Assembly: GCA_000708835.1 (NCBI GenBank)
Contig: DF236969.1
Location: 1 to 64,000, forward strand
Source: Klebsormidium nitens
Lineage: Eukaryota > Plantae > Klebsormidiophyceae
Length of the DNA stretch: 64,000 nucleotides
Direction: 5' to 3'
Shown here piece by piece: positions 1 to 12,811 of the stretch. How positions within the stretch are numbered: position 1 is the stretch's first letter; each line of letters begins with the position of its first letter. The translations under genes were made by a program, and so were the position numbers. The notes beneath the pieces were generated by a model that was not told where the DNA came from, ran no database searches, and saw only the letters and a program-made list of their open reading frames with translations.

Positions 1-1681
1 AAGCAATTGGGGTTTCGAACAGAAAGTAGTGGTCGGTTAGCCCCACATAATACCCCGGGGAGAAGAACCCGGTCAATTCAGCTAGTGTGGTTGACTCTGT
101 AACGCATATTTGCAAGTCGAGTCGTGAACTGTACGGTCAATCCCAGAATCTCGATTCTACTTCCGCCTTGCGCCTCGGTTTGATATGTGCGGCGACCTAT
201 TGCGTGGGTTTTCAATAAAGAGATCGCCCTACGCAGACGTTCCGAGTAGTCATCTTCGACGCCCTCTTCAAATGGCTGCAGATTCAGTTCGATACAACTG
301 ACGTGAGGTACGAAGTTCGAACCGTCACAAGATTCTGTCCCTAAATGCAAAATCGCCTGAGCGCGCGGCATCGAATCCGGCGGTTTCGACGATAAACGCG
401 AATTTATGTAGAAACAGGGCAATATTCTAGTAACATCGATAGCTGAGAAGTTCAGTAAATAGCCTATTACCGTAGAGGAGACTTGGCCGGAGTCAAAACC
501 CGGCCGGAATTCGACCACTGACCCAAGCTAGCCTAGTCTACTAGGCTAGTGACCAGTGGTTCAGCGGCCCATAGTCACCGGATTGTATGTGGCCGGGCCA
601 TGGATGGTACAATCTTATACAATCAGCGCTGCTCTTATAAATGATACATTGGCCGACCAGTTATGTATGTCTTGCAAACTGGCGATCGTATTCAAGGCTG
701 TCAATCGAGATTGTTAAAAACTCGATTGAAGCCGGATAATGAATGTCGGACACTAGCACTTTCATACCATTCTAGAATGTGTTCAGTGACACTGATTTGG
801 CGAGATTGACGAGGCAGTTGAATCGACATGGGCAACGGAAGCAAGCATTGAGCATGGCCAACAACCCACTAGATACATTTTGTGTGAGAGTTCTGAGTCT
901 CTGCAGAGTGGGCTACAAGTTCAAGCATTCACATTACGTATGGTTCTCATGCTTCAAGAACCGTCGACTTTAATCTTTTTGAGTCCTAAATGCACGCAAA
1001 TGATCGTATTTGGGGACTGCCAGATACCGTTAAAAAATTCGCATTGATACTTTTTGACACAGCTCGGTGGCTGGGGGATGATTACACTCATATTTTCAGA
1101 ACCCTGCGTGATGTGGACTTACTCCAAGCTTGCAGCATCATGTTTTCAATGGTGCGCAACTTCTGGTGTGCGCAACTTCCACCAGAAGTTGCACATTCAA
1201 AAAAAAAAACGCATCTGTTGTAAGCAGATTGCATTCCTCGGCAGAGCCTAGAAGTCCGAGACCCAATCTCCAGGCGTGCGCAGCAATGGCCAGTAACGCT
1301 TGCAAAGGGTCACGGTATAGCTAGGTGCGGTGCATTAGCAATCAACTGGACTTTCGATGCTCCGTACTTCTTTGACAAATCATGTTCGATTTAAAACTAG
1401 ACTTGACACAATGATAACATGCGCTGAATACCAATTTGATGAGGAATACGAACCATGAAGCAACTGTGGAAGCTAAGACTCTTTCTCTCTAAGCCGCCTC
1501 CCATATTAAAAGGGCGACCGTATCGGAGAGCGACTTGGGGGGACTCCTTAAAAATAGTGCATCCGCCAATCTCGAGCGCACGACCCAATGTGGCTTCTCA
1601 AGAAGAGTCGGCCACTCGACGGGACTTTCAATACCAGATGTGCTGCATCATGAGCGGAATGACAATTCATCATAGCGAATG

Positions 1682-4600
1682 TTACCTAAGGCTTCGGTCT
1701 TTCTTCTGCGGCTCCAAGTCTTTAGATCGCGTGACAAGGTACACTCGTCCGTACGCCCACTGCTTGCCATCCTTCTTTGACGTCTGCAACCAGAATGGAA
1801 CCTATCAGAACAGCTGCTGCTGCTAGCGAAAACTGCAGTGAACGAGCAAAAAGCAGTGCTTTTACCTTCCTTCAAGAAAAGAAACATATCTCAGACTCAA
1901 GACCCACGCCATCAATTCTGTCCTACATCAGAGCGGGTTGAGCAATCAGATACAGCTGAAGAAGAGCAAAGAACAGCGAAGACGGCCCTCGCACTGACAA
2001 CTTGAAGAGAGTGGCGGTCGGGCCCGAAAACCTTTGAAGAGCTCAATCACTTCTTTAAGAAGGCGCATGCAATTCCGACACGACGCACGGGTTTGTTCAA
2101 CAAAGAAACCCTGGAAGACGTAACTGCGACAATCTGAAAATTCTGACCGGTAATTGAATCGAAATAATCAAACGAAGTCGAACCTACCTCAACAGTTGCG
2201 TGGAAAACGAGCGGGTGCTCGCATACGTGGCATTCGCTTTTGTGCCGCGGCTTGTGTTCCTTGGCGTCTAGGAACGCATACACCTCTTCCCCGCAGTTTG
2301 GGCAGCAACCTTTAAGGGCGACCACCTCCCCACGCAGTAGCGACTTGACTTGTTGCACTGCAAATACGCGGAGCCAAGTGTAAGGCGGCGTGAAAAGGAA
2401 GTTTACTGCATCGAGACTCTGAAAGCCCAATTTATTGCACTTTCGAAGCATTGCGAGCTCTCGGAAATCCCCACTGGAGGCTTGCAATCCCGCGCTGCTG
2501 CTCCTGAGATCCGTCGCCCTTTTGGATCTCAAGAGCAGGTGAACCAGCGGCAAGTCTTCTTCGGTAACACCGAAGTGAAAGAACGGAACGGGAAACTTAG
2601 AAGTATGCAGCGGAGGTTGGGCAACCAGCAAGAGGACAGAGAAGCCAGTTTGCAAATATGAGCAGAGGTTGTGCAAGAAATCGAGATCGATACGCACCCG
2701 CTGCGGACGCCAGAGGGACCCCCCCTAGCAAGCCCAGGGCGAGCAGGAAGTTTGCGAGGGGGCTACTCTGAGCGGCCCACCACGGCTCCAGGGCCTCGTT
2801 CACCAGCCGGTCGCACACACTCGTGGCAGTGCAAAGAGGGGGGACGACTGCGGCAAACGCTCCAGCAAGGCCCAGGGCGCCCCAGACGGCCATAAGCGTT
2901 GACATCTGGGAAGTGTCTTCCTGCAAGGGCGTTCGTATAAAACCCGTTGGCGAAAGTTAGCAAAGGTCGTAGACCCTTCGTCAGCAAAGCCAGAGGTAAT
3001 CTTTTTTGCAGGTGTTTTAAAATTCCGTAGAACCAGGGATCAATCATACGATTTTGCGAGGAGTTGAACGTGATGCTTGGATACATATTACAGATGACGT
3101 TCTATGGAGAGGCAACTGCGACCTGAGCTAGAAAGGAAACACCAAAGCTCGACTCTCGCAAGTTCGGGTCCATCTCCCAACCGTTTGACATACCAAGGCA
3201 CCGATCCGTACAATCAGGTATGCTGTCAACCATGATCCTTCCTGCCTAATCAGCCTGCCAGCTTAGCGACGCAGTGAGCCGGATGTGCAATCCAAAGACT
3301 CGAAATAAAGAGATTAACAAAACGACCCATATTAGTGGATTCAGCGAAAGACTCCTTGATCTTGGGTGCTTGACAATTACAGAGGGGTGGCAGGAAGGGA
3401 CTGCGTGACAGAACTTCACCAGTAGGCGCTGAGGCTGAAGACCCAGACTGATATCTGGTGACCAGAAAGAGTTCTAGAGCCTGACATTCGTGTCACGCTT
3501 TATGCACCGTACTGCAACTTCCATCAGACCTGATTCCTTGCTTATATTCATTCGTTCACTCAACGTAAGGCACGCCTCAACAGACGTGCACATAAGAACA
3601 ACCAATGTAAAAACAGAATTGAGTACCTCTGCATCGGAGTACGCGGCAAACTTTTTGAGGCTGCAGCGGGGATACTTGAGCACCATCTTGGAGCGCAAGT
3701 TGCGCAACCGAGTCTCCACCTTGTCAAACATTTCGTCCAGTATCAGGGGCCGCCCGCTGTAGTATGAGTCACGTGCCTGCAAAAGGTTTCAGAAGAAAGC
3801 TCAAAACCCTCACTTGTTTTTCGGCTCATTCTTCTGCAGTTGGGCTTGGCTTCTCCTTGGAATGTGTCCTGTTTAGGATCGACGCTTTGAGAACCAAATC
3901 AGACGTACTACACGAATCTCGTTTGGATGCATCCACCATGAACGTCGGAACAAACCAAGGGCTGCTATTATACGTAGCCTAGGATTTCCATAATATGTCA
4001 GGCCATGATGAGCAGTGAGCACGGAGTCTGCTGAAGCATCAACGGCAAGGGCCTTATCAGCAGATGCCTTTGGAATGAGTAACAAGAAAAGCCTTTGGAA
4101 TGAGTAACAAGAAAAGTGCGGTCAGGTGCCTATGAAAGTCGTTCCCACACAAATTGCTTAAAGTTGGTGAATCATTGGCCTGTGGGGTGTTGCCTGGTAT
4201 CTCCACCAAGAAGGAAGTGACTAGCAAAAATGCAAATCCTCCTCTCTGAGTCGTCCCACCCGCATCCAGTGAACCATTTCCGTAGCAAGGCAGCAAAATT
4301 GAATGCACAAACGATGAACATTCTTTTCCTGAAACAGTCTTGCCTGTGCTACACATATAAGTTGCCAAAAACGGCAGCCGCTGACCCTGGAGCTCAGAAG
4401 TCCTAGGCACCTCTTTATTCCTTCTCCATGTTACCCGGCAACTTTCACACTTCCAGCCCTCACAAAACAACACCTTGTGCAACGTAGTTGACCACAAGAG
4501 CTTCATTTAAGAAGTCGCGACAGGGTGTTTAACGATGACTCGCAACACGCTGAGTGTCTGAGCATCCAAATTGCGACTCAGTGTTCACCTAGTGAACAGT

Positions 4601-6272
4601 AACAACTCTTCCCTTGGAAAGAAGGTCCTGCCTCGCAAATCTGCGGTCGACTTCAGAAACTTTGACATTTTGCTTGACCCTCATGCGATGGCGCTTGTAA
4701 CAACATGGTGATGTCAAAGTGCGTCGAATCAGTGTCAAAGCAAACAACAACTATCAGCATTGAACGGAGGCTGGATAACGCTACTAGCTTCAAATAGAAC
4801 AGCCAAGCAAGGCTTAATTCAGCAACAATGTCCTGACAAGGACTTGAAACAAAACCACATTACTAGGGGCAACCCTTACTGTAGACGGTGAGGCCAAACG
4901 TCGCAAGAGACATACGTCTGAGGAAGTCAACCAGAAAGTGCAGGTCAAAAAGTCAGCAATTTTCTGTGGTTGTCAAAGTGGAGGAGGATCGATTTCGCCA
5001 CAAAGCTCACGAACCCGGTCAGAGCTTCCCAGCACGACTTACCTGCATATACAGCGCCTCAAGATGCACTCTGTCTGCCTCCTCAATGGGCCCAATGAAC
5101 AGGCACGACAGCGGCTCGCTGACATCACCTTCGCCACCTTCATTCAAGTTGCCTCGTTCAACGGCTTGCCAGCTGACACCCCCGGCGTCGAGACTCATGG
5201 CTGCTAATAGAACTCTACGCATTCTGTGGTTTTGTCTCCTGCTAATATTCCTGCTTCTAGTTGTAGAAACAAGACTGCTTCCACCTTGCAACATCCTGAT
5301 CCTTTCAGATGGGAGGTGGTCCTTTAAGATACGGCTTCTATGCAAGAATAGCTCTGATTCTGGAGGTCGTACTTCAGAGGAGTGATGGCCCGAGGTGCTG
5401 GGACCAAAACTTGACTCTATGCGACTCGTTCTTGCATGGTCTTGCCATGCTGACGTACTGCTTCTCCGAGCTCGATCAACAACATCAAAGTCTGGAGCAC
5501 CGGAAGGTACTTTCAGGAAGGAGCCACGGACCTCTAAGCCTTGCTTTTCACTTCCTAACCCCCTTGAAGTTGTCAAAGCGACAGCACTTTGTCTTGAGGA
5601 CTTGGCCGCCACCTCGTGCAATGCCATGAGATCAGAAATTGGAACCAAATGTGGCCTCTCTATATTCCCCTTTGAAGGTCACGTGCAGAAGCGAAATGGT
5701 GATCTTTCTTCGAGAATGGACAAGAATCCTCTAAGCTTAGATAAGCAAGCTAAACTGCCATATAAATGTTGAAAACCTTGTCAAACCGCCTCAGACACAC
5801 AGCGACAGGCCTAAGAAAAGCAGCTGACGAAGTGAACTTATTCAGCACCTAGAGATTACAACTGCCTTGAAGACGAAGAGAAAGGGACTTCGGGAGGCAC
5901 AAGAGGCAATCAGAGAAGCACCATCCCTCTGCCTGATCTGGTCAGCAAGTGAAGGGGCGCCATAGGAAATCTGAACGAAGATCTGGAGATTCTGCAGCGA
6001 AGCAGCGACTTAACCCAGGCGGTCAAATAGAGACCGCATAAGTTAACCTTAACCCAAATCTGGGCGGAGGCTCACCGTCCGATCCTACTTCGAGGTTTAC
6101 GAGCATGGCACGTCGACAGACGTCTAGAAGGTTGCCACGTCAGCCGCGGCTCCGGTCTTGCTAGCCAGTCATCGGTTAGAGTATCTCCAGGTTCTTCGGG
6201 AGGAGATCTTGGTGCGCTCGCAAGCAGGCCACGTAGAAGCAGAGCAAGCCAACGGTTCTTGGTCGCGGCCAT
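1682..6272 (-). CDS. PGRL2: PGRL1-family thylakoid protein, PGRL2 (At5g59400)-type; multi-exon, 5' end uncertain (ATG at 6272 or 5627)
   Basis: Exons (minus): 6272-6076 (uncertain), ~5627-5043, 3776-3627, 2920-2698, 2357-2188, 1783-1682, with GT-AG boundaries in frame. Spliced peptide contains SCLFIGPIEEADRVHLEALYMQ|ARDSYYSGRPLILDEMFDKVE...KYPRCSL, a TM region, ALKGCCPNCGEEVYAF...HKSECHVCEHPLVF and KQWAYGRVYLVTR. These match the At5g59400-type signature as I recall it rather than PGRL1A/B. Confidence 0.8.
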
Positions 6273-6623
6273 GATGGCTTCCTTGCTTTCTCTGAGTGCT
6301 TCACGACCACCCACCTTGCAAGGTCGAACAATACTGTTGAATACATAGAGAGAAAGCCAGTTGCGCTTTTGTGAAGAGAGATCAGTTCAGAAGCTACGTG
6401 ACCACAACACACTTTCGACTCTCAGGTTCTGACTCACTTTTACCGACTCTGAAATCCGACAACAGAAAGACAAGCCTAGTATCTTATTGCGCTGCTAGAT
6501 CCCAGAAACCTGCAAGCACACTGCGCCTGACACTGGGAAGCGACCCGCGCCTTGTCTTCTTGCTCTGCCCTTCTGTCTTCATTTAGCCTGAAGAGATCTA
6601 TCGGTCTTGGTTTAGATCTGTAA

Positions 6624-7678
6624 ATGGCTTCGAGCGCTGCTTCTACGTCTGGCCGGTGCCTCTTTGGGGTGCAGGCATCCATGGGAAACTCAGGCCGGAT
6701 GGACTCAAACACGCAGGCCTCGTGCAGTCCTCGCCCTGCACTTCTACGGCAGACGCAGGCGGTTTCAGGAGCATGGGAGAGCTCCTTCAGGGGGAATGGT
6801 GTCAGCAGCATGAGCCCTGTGGTGCAAAGCCGCAGTGGTAACAAGAGAGAGATCACAATGGGAAACAAGAACGAAGGGAAGGGTATTTTTGCTCCCATCG
6901 TAAAGGTGACCAGGAATGTTGTGGGTGTGAAGGAATTCAACCAGTTGAGGGGGAAGGGCATTGCGCTGCACTCACAGGTGAGGCTCACAGTAAAGTTGTC
7001 AAGACTGGTTGTGACTGCGGAAGTGAGACCTTAGTTTGAGATCTGGGCACGGGTTAGATCCAGACCCAGTGGCATCTGCTGTTCCACCAAATGACTTGAC
7101 GGTATTTGCTTTTTGGATACAAAGCTGCTTCACATTGGTTCGAAACAGCATCAGAAGTGGTAAGAGTGAAGTAACACCCAGGCAGGGAAGCATAGGACAG
7201 GCTTCCCTGACGACATATGAACATCAAAATCAAGCTTTGCTTTTCAGCTCTTGGGCATCGCTCTTGCAATGCATTGCAAAGGACAGGCAGTCTCATTGCC
7301 AATTTGAAGTAGAGTTGCACAGCCCAGAGCTTAGAGCATACCACTCAATTGAAGTGGGTGCAAGGAACAGAGTTTCAGCTCCGAGTAGGTTAGTGACTGT
7401 ATGGTTCAACACAAACTTAGCTTGTGATATCTACGGATGAACCTTGCGGATAAACCTCATTATCAGAAACTTCAGCTTTCACTGTGTCGGTTTGTTCTCA
7501 AATACACCGTGTGTTTCATCGGGTTGTATCCAGCTTGCAGCAAACTGAAGATGTTTTGTTTCGCCCTGTGCAGGTCATCACTGAGTTCTGCAAAACCATT
7601 GGTGCGGATGCGAAGCAACGGCAAGGGCTTATCAGATTAGCCAAGAAGAATGGGGAGAAGCTCGGATTCTTGGCATAA
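6624..7678 (+). CDS. PGR5: Proton gradient regulation 5, chloroplast precursor; 2 exons (6624-6977, 7574-7678)
   Basis: Transit-peptide-like N-terminus, then MGNKNEGKGIFAPIVKVTRNVVGVKEFNQLRGKGIALHSQ|VITEFCKTIGADAKQRQGLIRLAKKNGEKLGFLA*; intron CAG|GTGAGG...TGCAG|GTC. Confidence 0.97.
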
Positions 7679-8336
7679 CCTTTTAGCATCTGCCCTGGCA
7701 GTGCGCTGCCATCACTGAAAAATACTGTAACTTCTTGAAAGTTTGCTCCAGGAGCATGACAGGTTGCATCCATCCTGTTATTAATCATATGTGATATTGA
7801 TCAAGGCACATTGCCCAAAACATTGAAACATGCAGCATAACTTAGCCAGCAGGTAGTGTGTAAGCATGTCTGGACTCAAAGGTGTAAACACGCATTTTGT
7901 AAGCCTTGGTAGAAAGGTCCTGTTCATGGAGTGTAGACAGAAGCACTCTGCGTCAGACTCTTGACAGAAGCACTTCAGGTGAATCTCTTGTTTCCGCAAG
8001 GCTGTGTCACATTTCTATCTGATTCATGAAGCAACATCACAGTTTATGTGTGTGTGCCATGAGAAGCTTTTTGGCCATCACAACATGAAAATATTGGGCG
8101 TTGAGCCACAAAGCTGCTTGTTTTTGACTGGCCACTGTTTTAACGTTATTAGCTTTGCCTCTGTCTGGCCCTCTCTATTCTAACATGTCCATAGTCACCA
8201 CTCTGTAAGTCACCATTCCAATTCTGTGCTTCTTAACGCGCCTCCAGCTGTACTGTAGTGATGAGATGCCTTTCTGTTCACAAGGTGACCATGCAAACCG
8301 TCCAAGCAAGCTCTAATTTGCACCAACTCGTGCAAT

Positions 8337-8393
8337 GTTTCATTCAAACAGTTAACTGTTTGAATGAAACAGGAATCTGAATTCAGATTCCTG
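8337..8393. repeat. Two abutting perfect palindromes (34 bp and 24 bp)
   Basis: 8337-8370 GTTTCATTCAAACAGTT|AACTGTTTGAATGAAAC and 8370-8393 CAGGAATCTGAA|TTCAGATTCCTG; they share one base. Confidence 0.95.
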
Positions 8394-9298
8394 ACTTCCA
8401 GGCGTGAATACTTTTTTGAGAATTAGTTGCGATCATGACCATCATCATGCATACCATGGCATATAAGTTTTAGATGCAGAACTCGAGTCACATGCAAACA
8501 GGTGTATCGACATCTAGCTCCGTGCAGAGCGCGTGCGTCCATATACAGTCCAACCGCATGAGCCGCCATGTGGTGACGCCGGGTCCAAATTCGAGCGCCG
8601 TGTGCTACATGCCTCATCATGATCCTTGCAATATGCAGGGGCATGCAGTAGAATTGGAGCTGTGATGCGACAACATTGTATACGTACAACTTGGTTTTCA
8701 TGATGGCGTACCTACTAGCATGCCAGTAGCTCATAGTGCAAAAAGCGCAGCACACTTGCTCCCTTTACATTTACACATAATGCAGATCGGAAGTAAATAG
8801 GTAATTGAAAAATGCTTAACTGCAGCTATCCGCATGTTGCAGCATACCTTGAAGTGTGCACTTGCCATGCCAGCTTATCAGACTTGGGCGTTTGTTTTGC
8901 GGGATAAAGGTTAAGAATGAAGCACCGTGGCAGGAAGCTTCGGGTTCGAAGTCAGCGAAGACGCAATTTTCAATCTGCACTGGAAAGTTGGGACACCGTG
9001 GCCTCATCCACAGAATGCCTCCGGTACAATGAGCTACGAAAACTAGCGTTCGATCATCCTCGGGATCGTGTTTCGACCCCCAACTCAGAGGGGTTTGGGC
9101 ATAAATCCTACCCCTCCATAGATCATTTTATAGATTAGTGTGTCTGCTTTTACACTGGTGTTACGAAGGACTGCAACGGACCCCTGTTACTTCAACAGTC
9201 TCCGCACATCTGTTCGTTGTCAACCTCTTTTTGATACAAGACACTTTACAAACGCTCTCATACACAAGCAATGCAGAAAACCCACTCCACACAAGACC

Positions 9299-12200
9299 CT
9301 ATGACACCCCCCCGACATCCTCCATCTCCTCCTCTTTTGGCTGGTCCGGCCTTGATCTCGATGCCCCCAGAACCCCCTGCAACACAAACGGGGGGGGCGC
9401 CCAGGGTATTACCGCCTTACTATTGGGGTCGTCGTCTGAGTCTTCCTCCATCTCAGTCGCGGTCGACTCCCCCCCCGAAAAGTTGAAGAAAAGCGACCGG
9501 GGGAGGGAGGAGCACGAGTTGTTGCGGACGAGCCGCCGGGGGATGTCAAGTGCTGCCGAAGCCTCAGCGCCGCCACGGCCTTTCAAGTCCAGAGCTGCAA
9601 AGGTGTGGCAGTGCGTTTAGCAATCATGACGTATTCAAAGAGTTCGCTCATTATTGCTGATTTAACGTGGTGCACTTGGTTTTGGGAGACTGTTTGCAAC
9701 CGCGAACGGATCTTAAGCGACACTGCCGCCACACAGCTGTCGAAGGAACTTGCAAATGATCCGGCTCCTGAGGAACGGCTCCTAGCTCACGGCGTCGACA
9801 TTCATTCAGGTCTGACAGAGGCCCCCGTTCACAGCCTATTCAATATGCAAATGACCACCTGTCTCGCAGTAAATCAACGAAACGCGAGACGTTGGTGCCC
9901 GACCGGAGTACTGGAACGTGGTGACAACTCGGGGTTGGAATAGTGGATCAGCTCGAGCGTTGGAAGATCTAACTGCTCCCTTTTTTCGATATATGGAGAG
10001 CTACGGTATGTGGACAGCGATGATGATAGAAAGGCGCAGTGCACAAGCGGTTGTACTTGAAACAACTTCGCGGAAGATGAAGACTGCGCAGATCCCGAGG
10101 TTGACGATCAGAAGCGTATTGTTGTGGAAAAACAAGACGGAAGCAAGGCGAAATAAGGCGGAGCCAAGACGGAAGCAAGACGAAATAAGGCGGAGCCAGG
10201 ACGGAAGCAAGGCGGCCACAGAAAATCGCATCCCCTTTCCGAGCAGCACCGACGGACTCCGACACACGCGCTAGCCCAAACGAGGAACCTTGGTGGAACA
10301 GTAATCAAGTGATCGGGGGCAAACGACATTATTCCCAGGCTCCTCACCCCCCCGTTTGCAACCTCTAATACCAGGTTCAATGTCGTTCCTCGTTCTCCAT
10401 CTGTTCGTGAACTTCGAAGGCGTATGTACATGGCTAAACTATGATATTGCAATCTATATGGGTGGATTGCTCTGCTTTCTGCAGGTGTGCATCTCAACCA
10501 GAATCGCAGTGCAAGTAAATGAGTAGCCAATTTGCCACAATTGTAACATAGCACTCCAGTTCCCTCACATAGAATTGACGATATCAATGGCAATCAAAAT
10601 CAACATTCTCAAACCAACAACGTCACAACCGATCTTCAGCGTGTCAAAAGACCGGCGCACGGGATTCGACGCATAAGGCTCACCTTGCATCAGATCAGAA
10701 TTGCCCCCAAAAGGAGCAGCAGGAGGTTGGAAGACCGTCGAACCTGGAAAGATGTTTCCAGTTGGATACGGTATGATGGCATTTTGTGTCCCCCGCGGGG
10801 GGCTGCCGTCAGGGGAGCTGGAGGATGGGAGTTGCACCATGAACGGGCGTTGCTGCAGAAAAAGAAAATTGGTGTTAATCCAGGGGTAGTGGTGCTAATA
10901 CTTCACAGGATTCGCTTGTTACGGTCTGAAAGCGGGGAGCCACACAGAAGCGCCAGAGACCGAGCCAAAAGTCTGAGGAGGAGCTAACTGAAGAGGGGCA
11001 TGTCGGCCTTTGCTGCATATAATACAGAGTCCATGGAAGCAGTCTATCAGTATGCCCAAATTCAGGCAGACTCTTGAAAACGCTTCCAACCAGCCTTTCG
11101 CAGATGAATCATTTACTTATTGACACCGAACAGGACCAACAGCGACAGAAAGTTTAGGGTGGTACTCGGAATATGCGGAATGTTATCCAACACAGGCCGT
11201 CAGGAGAAACGACAGATTTGCAGATAGCGAATCCCGTGACCAAAAAGATCAACTAGATGTCGTTTGCAACTCTTGCGAGACCAGCAGAGTGAAGTGATGT
11301 AGCCAGACAGGAAGCTCTTTAGCCAGGTTCAAAAATGTTTCGAGCAATTCTGAGACGATCTGAACCATCCAAAGTTATCTTTAAAAAACGTATACGAAAG
11401 GACATGCTCTACTCCTGGAAGTACGGGGCAGCCTGTACCTGCACGTCGTCTCCTGACTGTCCTGGATCTACTTCGATCTCCAGCGCCGCCCCATCGAATC
11501 CCTGTTGGGGCAGGCTGGAACCTATCAACGTGGGGGCAGTCGACACATCTACAGCCTGCAAGGTAGAAACAGGGCAAGCAGGTAAGGGCGGTGTCAAAGA
11601 AAGGGGGATTTCATTACACATCAACGTCGGCATTGATAACTCATCAACGCTGCAGGTTGGACACAGCGCTGTGCGGCATGTGGAGAGCCCTGTTTTGATT
11701 GCCACTAGACATGGCATATTCATTGGAAACACAACGAGAAAGTCTACGAAGTGGGTTGCTGATCTGACAGTCTGGGGAAATCCAAATGGGGGTTCCAGTG
11801 GCATCCTGCGATGGACAGGCCAACAGACCAGCAATGAAACATCTTCAGGCTTTAAGTTCACTGTGTTCATCATGGTTCTTGCCTGCTTGTAGCCTGACAA
11901 CTGAGAAGCTCTGGATGAACTCCTGTGAATGCCCTCTAACCAGACGAGGGGGCTAGGGCAAGCCGTTCCAATGTTCCTGTCAGATTGTTTGTCTGTTTCG
12001 GCATCTTTCAAAGACTCGAATCATTGCAAGAAATGTCAGAAATAGGTCATGATTAGAGTTATGACAACGAGCGAAGCCGTGCTTCTGAATGTGGTAATAG
12101 ATCACGCGGACGCTCCCACGTATTCCCTGACAAGAACCTGAGCTTGGCTCCCCAACCCTTAAACCTGCTGTAGCCAAAGAGACTCATCGTCGCAAAACCA

Positions 12201-12811
12201 CAAACCAGCCACTTGTTGGGGGACTTGTAATGCCGTTTCCAGTCATCTCTCCCGTCTCCGAATCACTTCGCTGCCTTATCAATGCCCTACCTGCATTCCC
12301 CTCTCCAGACGATTTCTATGACCTGTGGGCGTTGCCCTATCTTTTATGAATGTCAGGATTCCAAGCTTTTCAACGAGACATTTTGAACCACATGTTTGAA
12401 AGTGCAGCCGGTCAATATATCTGCATCCATCCTTTCCAGCAATGCTGTAGACATCCACCATAAAACACTTGATCTCAACACGTTTACCCTCTAAAAAGAC
12501 GCTTCCAGGGAGAACCTGATAAGGGCATGCGCCAGAATCAAAGCAAAAACCCCTAAACTTGGCACATCTTTCAAATGTAGATCCCAAAGCGACATCTGAC
12601 AGTCAGCAACAGTCAGCCTTACCTCCCCTGTCCGGCGCTTCTTCAATGAGTTGGGCGACAGTACGAAGCCATTCAGCCGCTCCACAACCTCATTTGCATC
12701 CGGCTCTAGTTTCCGCTTTGCATCCGGTCTCGTTTGCGGCTCCCCAGGGGGCCAGGCAAATAACGCAGGCCCAGTCTGGGGCAGCTGGATGTGTTGCTGA
12801 TAGGTGTCCAT
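9299..12811 (-). CDS. Plant protein of unknown function, AT5G35320-like family (often mislabelled DBH-like monooxygenase)
   Basis: Exons 12811-12623, 11882-11439, 10852-10684, 9594-9299 splice in frame with GT-AG ends; a possible extra cassette exon lies at 12515-12291. Motifs AKRKLEPDANEVVERLNGFVLSPNSLKKRR, QNAIIPYP, NSKAVIPWAP and the acidic EEEMED tail resemble the family motifs KRK..DDFSDFSLSSPARKIRR, ERAIVLFKP and CxAVVPWxP (from memory). Confidence 0.6.
10134..10214. repeat. 32-bp tandem repeat, 2.5 copies, intronic
   Basis: AAGACGGAAGCAAGGCGAAATAAGGCGGAGCC at 10134 and 10166 (1 mismatch), partial copy at 10198. Confidence 0.9.

Noticed and set aside
78-1330. Unassigned ORFs 78-518 (-), 779-973 and 990-1223 (+)
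   Set aside because: No recognisable family motif; may be decayed transposon or gene fragments; cannot be called from this window.
6476-6988. 170-aa minus-strand ORF
   Set aside because: Antisense shadow of PGR5 exon 1.
8410-8740. CATG/GCATG-rich patch (also ~19370-19480 and ~45960-46060) as RY elements
   Set aside because: No regular spacing or promoter position; could come from methylation-driven CG decay. Unsupported.
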